From positions 1-56,608 of the forward strand of contig DHGO01000123.1 in assembly GCA_002402795.1 (NCBI GenBank): DNA of 56,608 bases. Direction: 5' to 3'. This document shows, in pieces, positions 52,313-56,608 of the stretch; within the stretch, counting starts at the first letter, position 1; each line of letters starts with the position of its first letter. The position numbers and the translations under genes are program-made. This DNA is from Deltaproteobacteria bacterium UBA4796. Lineage in GTDB: Bacteria; Desulfobacterota; Syntrophorhabdia; Syntrophorhabdales; Syntrophorhabdaceae. The notes under the pieces were generated by a model. That model ran no database searches. It saw only the letters and a program-made list of their open reading frames with translations, and was not told the DNA's origin.

Positions 52313-54467
52313 TTATTCCGTCTTCCTTTATTGTTTCTGTTGTTTTTGTTGTTTCTGTTGTTTGAATCTTTAAAAAAGGCTTAATCATCCTGAAATCATT
52401 AGAGTTTTCAAACTCCTCCTTGAACACAAAGTCGCTTGGGCTAACAAACCCGTTAGCCAGATGCCATTCGTATCTTTTTATCGCATCGAGGCCGAAGAAT
52501 GGTCTTTCTGGCCTGTCTGATTCGGGAGCGGTGGCGGGGTTTTCGTCTTGCGGGTTTACAGGGCTGCATGCCTCTTCCGGTATGTGCTCTTCTATGCCTG
52601 GAAGTTCTATGTTTTCCGCTTCAAGCTTCTCTGGAAGAGAAGGCGCGGCTTTAATAACCTGCTGCCAGTCCATCTCAATTGACTTTCCAATGCGAGCGAG
52701 CTCTTTAATGCCTTTTATGGTTCTTTTTTGCAGATTTGCCTGGAGAGAGCGGGCTTTCTGAAGGGCTTCCATGTCAAGCTTTGTTCCTGATACTCGTGCA
52801 ATTGGATGGACGTCTTCAACTCTCTTTGCTTCGCAAAGTAATTCGCCGGACAAGGCATAGACCTTAATGGATGCGAGGTCAAAAAGACTATATCTTATGA
52901 TGACCTGTTCTCTTAATCCATAGAGAGCATCATCATAATAGTCGGCGCCAAGAAATCTTATGCCTCGCTGTCTGATATTGGCTATTTTCGTACTCAGCAT
53001 GAGATCATCAAGTTCATGTGGATCAACCCCGCTGCCAACTCCCTCATCAAAGACCTCTCCAATTGTTTTGCCTTTCACGTGCGGGCATGGTTGCGAGCGT
53101 AAGAAATCATGCCACATATCAATCAACTCAATGGTTTCTTCGATAGTTGGAATATATTGTTTATGAAGGGCTTTATGAAATTTTTCATTTCTCAATAGAT
53201 GGGCTGGTTTATCCTCTATGGATGAGCCGGTATATGATGGAAGAAGGCGCTCGAATGTGTTGGTGAATTCCTGGAACCACCGCTCGATGACCTTTGCCCT
53301 TGCATTATAGGGTTTTGCAAATATAGGTATTGTGCCAAGACGGGCAAAAAGTCCATATATGCCCGCCTCATTGAATGTGTCTATTGAGGTGAAGAATTTT
53401 GCTCGAAATGCCTTTCCATTGTCGAGATAGATAACTTCAGGGTATTTTTTGAGCCGAAGAATCGAGTTTCTGAAGGCACTGGCGATGCATTGGGTGCTTT
53501 CTTCAACCATGACCTCATAGCCCACAAGGTCCCAGCTCTTCCAATCAAGATACCCGACAAGAACTGCTCTGCAGGGCTTCCCTGTGAAGGGATTTATTAC
53601 CTGGAAATTGAGTCTGTGCCCGTCGGCAACGAGGGCTTGGCCCACCTCTAAGAGAGAGGCATCTCTTTTAATGTAAAAATTCACCTTGTCCGTGAGGGCT
53701 TTCTGCCCCTCACGCATAAAAACCCACCTGTCGTAGAACTTCGATTTATAGTCTTCTGCAAACCTCCTGAAGGTCATATGGGATTTGTTGACCGTGATTC
53801 CTCGCTCATGAAAATAATATTTGAGGAGGCGAATTGCAGAGCCTATTTTGATTTTATTTGGATGGAGAAGCATGCCTAAAAACACCCTCTCTTCAGAGGA
53901 AGAGAGGCGGGGCCTGTCTGAATTTCTGTGATATTGGGGAATAAGACACGCCCAATCCTCGGTCCCCTCTAAAAACGCCTTCCAGCGGTAAAGAGTCTGG
54001 ATTGATGCTTCGCCAAGAATGGCGTGGATGGCAGGATATAAGTTGCCTGTATTATATCCTGATATAAATTCGGTATCGGCATTGGTGGCCCTGTCGTGTG
54101 TGGAGCGGTATTCTTGCCAGATACGAAGCAGGTCCATGCGGGCGAGGGCAATGCGACGGGCCTTCTCGGTGGTTGCAGCTGGGAGAACAGGCACCCGCTC
54201 AGGGAGGGTAGGAGCAAGCGCCTGTTCCGGGAGGGTAGTTATGTGAGATGGAGGGGTTATAGATGCTAATGATGTAGTAGATTGCGAAGTTAGATAAAGA
54301 CGGGTTTCTTCCGGGAGGGAGGAGATGTGGTATTCACGGCCTCCGCCTTTATCGGTGCGGGGACGAGATTGCCATAAACATTTTTTTGCTTTTATTTGTA
54401 TTGCTCGTTTTGTCCCGGGCATCCCTGGCGCCCCCGCCAGTTCCTTCACCGAGTACCATTCCTTCAT
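52305..54467 (-). CDS. MuA-like DDE transposase
   Basis: 720 aa. N-terminal MKEWYSVKELAGAPGMPGTKRAIQ (Mu-type winged HTH). Integrase-core candidates LVADGHRLNF, VIYLDNGKAF and AKVIERWFQEF. Confidence 0.8.
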   Translation of the reverse strand: MKEWYSVKELAGAPGMPGTKRAIQIKAKKCLWQSRPRTDKGGGREYHISSLPEETRLYLTSQSTTSLASITPPSHITTLPEQALAPTLPERVPVLPAATTEKARRIALARMDLLRIWQEYRSTHDRATNADTEFISGYNTGNLYPAIHAILGEASIQTLYRWKAFLEGTEDWACLIPQYHRNSDRPRLSSSEERVFLGMLLHPNKIKIGSAIRLLKYYFHERGITVNKSHMTFRRFAEDYKSKFYDRWVFMREGQKALTDKVNFYIKRDASLLEVGQALVADGHRLNFQVINPFTGKPCRAVLVGYLDWKSWDLVGYEVMVEESTQCIASAFRNSILRLKKYPEVIYLDNGKAFRAKFFTSIDTFNEAGIYGLFARLGTIPIFAKPYNARAKVIERWFQEFTNTFERLLPSYTGSSIEDKPAHLLRNEKFHKALHKQYIPTIEETIELIDMWHDFLRSQPCPHVKGKTIGEVFDEGVGSGVDPHELDDLMLSTKIANIRQRGIRFLGADYYDDALYGLREQVIIRYSLFDLASIKVYALSGELLCEAKRVEDVHPIARVSGTKLDMEALQKARSLQANLQKRTIKGIKELARIGKSIEMDWQQVIKAAPSLPEKLEAENIELPGIEEHIPEEACSPVNPQDENPATAPESDRPERPFFGLDAIKRYEWHLANGFVSPSDFVFKEEFENSNDFRMIKPFLKIQTTETTKTTETIKEDGINV

Positions 54468-54506
54468 GATTGCCTCCCGTTTTTGATTTTTGTATTGTAG
54501 ATGACT

Positions 54507-54983
54507 TCATACCCTCTCTATCTCTTTGAGAAAAAGCATTCTCTTTTGCTTCTCAATTTTTAGCCTTTGTATCTCTTCGTTAATCTGTTGGATCTCTGAC
54601 CTCAGAGCCTCTGGGCCTGGCAGCATAAAAAGCCCGCTGTGCCGTGAAATCGCCTCCACAGCCCTTCTTTGGCCTCCTGTTGCCTTAACGAAGGCAGGAA
54701 GATAATCCGCAGGCATGCTGTGCGGGTGGCTTGTCGCTGTCCAGTTGTTGAGGACAGAAAGCGTAATTTCTTCTCCAAGGTAATCTGTCATTCTGGCAGC
54801 GACCTGAGCGCGGGATATTTCTCTACCAAATTCATCGTGTGCGTGGTGAATATCACCAGAAAGGGCAGCCTTAAATTCTTTTTCGATTGAAAGGCTGCCA
54901 TTCGTTATATTTTTTGTTGATTCCCTGATAAAATCAAAAAGGGATGGTTGGTTGTATGACGATTGTTTTTTTCTTTTAGTCAT
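54507..54983 (-). CDS. hypothetical early protein (coiled-coil C-terminus)
   Basis: 158 aa, between the Ner-like gene and the transposase. Confidence 0.5.
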   Translation of the reverse strand: MTKRKKQSSYNQPSLFDFIRESTKNITNGSLSIEKEFKAALSGDIHHAHDEFGREISRAQVAARMTDYLGEEITLSVLNNWTATSHPHSMPADYLPAFVKATGGQRRAVEAISRHSGLFMLPGPEALRSEIQQINEEIQRLKIEKQKRMLFLKEIERV

Positions 54984-55236
54984 TTACAACCTTATCTTTC
55001 TTTGTTATAGTAAGATTATGATTACGTTCATGGTGCCATATTTTTTCAAAGGGTTTATTAAGTGCATTAGCAATTGCTTCCTGAATTCGACGAGATTTTT
55101 TAATTGGATAATAATTAATAATTGTTCCAACTGTTTTAGGCGAATTTCCTGTAATTTTTGCAATGTCTCTGATCTTGATACCCTTCATAATGAACATAAT
55201 TTTAATTCGCCTTGCGTTTTGTTGATTCTTTTTCAT
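54976..55236 (-). CDS. ner: Ner-like small HTH regulator
   Basis: 86 aa with IKIRDIAKITGNSPKTVGTIINY. First gene of the early operon, divergent from the repressor. Confidence 0.55.
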   Translation of the reverse strand: MKKNQQNARRIKIMFIMKGIKIRDIAKITGNSPKTVGTIINYYPIKKSRRIQEAIANALNKPFEKIWHHERNHNLTITKKDKVVND

Positions 55237-55278
55237 TTTTATATCTCTTTATGTAAGGTTAGTATTACCATAATGAAG

Positions 55279-55308
55279 TTTATAAACTACACAATGAACA
55301 TTTGTCAA
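55279..55308 (-). promoter_or_regulatory. candidate early promoter (Pe)
   Basis: Minus strand: TTGACA (55308-55303), 18-nt spacer, TATAAA (55284-55279), about 40 nt upstream of the Ner-like start. Confidence 0.45.
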
Positions 55309-55320
55309 GAAAAAAATTCG

Positions 55321-55474
55321 TTTCGCAGTTATTTTTTTGAAGAAAATAAAGTAATTTTAAAAATGTATAATAAAAACAATAAGTTTGAAAACTGCGAAAT
55401 GAATTTTATTATTTCGCAGTTATTTCGCAGTTATTTCGCAGTTATTTCGCAGTTATGATGGTAAGCTACGAAAC
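55321..55474. promoter_or_regulatory. operator array: seven TTTCGCAG-core sites including four perfect tandem 11-bp units
   Basis: TTATTTCGCAG x4 at 55409-55452, abutting the repressor ATG. One direct copy at 55321-55328. Inverted copies at 55392-55400 and 55466-55474. A perfect TATAAT at 55366-55371. Confidence 0.6.
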
Positions 55475-56150
55475 GAATTTGAAAAATAGGCTTGCAATAC
55501 TTATGGGTAATAAAAAACCATTCAGGTGGGCCAAAGAAATAGGTATAAATGCAGCAACATTCAATAGAATATGGAATAAGGGCGGTCAATTAAAGTCTGA
55601 CCATGCAACGTTAATTATTAAAAAAACTGGTGTTTCCGCGCTGTGGCTTATTACCGGGGAAGGGCCTATGTATGAATATGAGCGTCAAAAAGGAAGAATG
55701 ATGGTTGCAGAGAATATAGAAAAATATAATATTCCCCAGGATGAATTCGTTTTAATTCCTGTCGTGCAAGGTAGAATAAGTGCTGGCGGCGGGCTTGTGC
55801 CCGATAATACCGTTGAGATGAAATGTGCATTTAAAAAGGAATGGATAGCAAAAAAGGGTGATTATAAAAATATGTCTATGATACGCATTCAGGGAGATAG
55901 TATGTCTCCTACGCTTCTTGATGGCGATGTGGTTCTTGTTAATCATAATATCCAGGTCGTTGGTGCTGCTGGCGGGATATATGCAATTACATTTCAGGAT
56001 GAAATCATTATTAAACGTATTAATAAGGTTTTCCCGACAGGTCAATTAAAAATTCAAAGCGACAATCCATCTTATGAGTCCTTTATTGTTGATCCTGCGC
56101 AGATTATAATAAATGGAAAGGTTATCTGGTATGCCAGAAATCTTGAGTAA
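55455..56150 (+). CDS. CI/LexA-type repressor with S24 autopeptidase domain
   Basis: N-terminal HTH (KPFRWAKEIGINAATFNRIWNKG). C-terminal GDSMSPTLLDGDVVLV plus IIIKRI (Ser/Lys dyad). Confidence 0.8.
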   Translation: MMVSYETNLKNRLAILMGNKKPFRWAKEIGINAATFNRIWNKGGQLKSDHATLIIKKTGVSALWLITGEGPMYEYERQKGRMMVAENIEKYNIPQDEFVLIPVVQGRISAGGGLVPDNTVEMKCAFKKEWIAKKGDYKNMSMIRIQGDSMSPTLLDGDVVLVNHNIQVVGAAGGIYAITFQDEIIIKRINKVFPTGQLKIQSDNPSYESFIVDPAQIIINGKVIWYARNLE

Positions 56151-56164
56151 AATAGGGGTGTAAA

Positions 56165-56428
56165 ATGTTTGGATCAGAAGGTGTAAGTACTATAGTTTTA
56201 ACTCTTTTTGTGATTTTAGGGGTCTTTTTATTAATAAGAAAAATTGTATTGTGGTATTTTAAATTTGATGTAATGGCTGAATATCAAAGAGAAATATTGG
56301 AACAATTGAAAATTATGAACGGTCTCGCCACGCCAGGGCAAAAACCCTCAGCCACTGAAAGAGCTACAGTAAAAGTATTAAGTGCCATCGCAAACTTTAA
56401 GCGTAATTTTATTAAAAAAGAGCGGTAA
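56165..56428 (+). CDS. small membrane protein co-oriented with the repressor
   Basis: 87 aa with an N-terminal TM (VSTIVLTLFVILGVFLLI). Starts 14 nt after the repressor stop. Its stop lies inside the innermost left-end repeat. Confidence 0.55.
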   Translation: MFGSEGVSTIVLTLFVILGVFLLIRKIVLWYFKFDVMAEYQREILEQLKIMNGLATPGQKPSATERATVKVLSAIANFKRNFIKKER

Positions 56429-56580
56429 AATTTCTCAAACTACCTGTTAAAAAAACGGTAATTTCGGTAATTTTTCTCAAACCTCGATGCGCGTCGTACA
56501 AAAACAAAAACCCTTTATATATTGATATGATATATATACTTCTCCTCTATATTCCCATTTCTCAAATTACCTGTAAACTT
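56428..56580. promoter_or_regulatory. left-end transposase-binding repeats (three sites, outermost separated from the inner pair)
   Basis: TTTCTCAAA cores at about 56431-56439, 56473-56481 and 56558-56566, inverted relative to the right end. 56421-56450 is a perfect 30-bp inverted copy of 20748-20777. Confidence 0.7.
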
Positions 56581-56583
56581 ATA

Positions 56584-56588
56584 AGTGG
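56584..56588. repeat. 5-bp target-site duplication AGTGG (left-end copy)
   Basis: Directly follows the terminal ...AAACTTATA of the element. Identical to 20693-20697. Confidence 0.7.
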
Positions 56589-56608
56589 GTGAATAGGAGA
56601 ATGAGGAG

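Larger units (their letters stand above)
20698..56583. mobile_element. Mu-like transposable prophage, 35,886 bp, apparently complete
   Basis: Imperfect terminal inverted repeats: TATAACTTAACACCTAATTTGAGAAA versus the reverse complement TATAAGTTTACAGGTAATTTGAGAAA. Three TTTGAGAAA-core sites per end and a 5-bp flanking duplication. Encodes DDE transposase A, AAA+ B, repressor/Ner, Gam/GemA/Mor-like proteins, Mu-type terminase/portal/F/G, and head, lysis and tail modules. Confidence 0.85.

Noticed and set aside
55409-55452. Tandem 11-bp repeats (also 35917-35949) as a CRISPR array
   Set aside because: The units are contiguous with no spacers, only 11 bp long and 3-4 copies. They sit in phage regulatory regions, and no cas genes are present.

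Overview
The window has two parts. (A) 1-20697 is chromosomal DNA that looks like it comes from an anaerobe. A minus-strand operon (1-9599) encodes two UbiD-family (de)carboxylase paralogues, each followed by a small paralogous subunit. The same operon carries two NBP35/Mrp-type Fe-S ATPases, a divergent soluble Sdh/Frd-like flavoprotein with a split SdhB-like Fe-S partner, and an aryl-CoA ligase cut by the window edge. I read this as a candidate anaerobic aromatic-acid (de)carboxylation module. Next come IS debris (about 9.9-11.1 kb), dodecin, a GT2 glycosyltransferase, iorA/iorB plus a degenerate iorA paralogue, two aminotransferases, serA and tRNA-Leu(UAA). (B) 20698-56583 is a complete 35,886-bp Mu-like transposable prophage. 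It is flanked by a 5-bp direct repeat (AGTGG) and has three TTTGAGAAA-core repeats in inverted orientation at each end. It encodes an S24 repressor, Ner-like protein, DDE transposase A, AAA+ B, Gam/GemA/Mor-like early genes, terminase/portal/F/G, scaffold/decoration/capsid, a lysis cassette and a lambda-like siphovirus tail module. At its tail-fibre (right) end it carries a complete diversity-generating retroelement (DGR): target gene with VR, GAAA-loop hairpin, Avd, TR and RT. TR and VR differ at 14 positions, 13 of them TR adenines. A Dam-type methylase sits inside the cassette. Two short tandem-repeat families are superimposed on both host and phage DNA: a 7-mer (GTGAYYG) and an 8-mer (GGCACARA). 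They sit in-frame inside several genes, giving HQSPVTS-type and EAQRHKGT-type peptide inserts. All functional calls come from reading motifs in the translations. No database search was possible.
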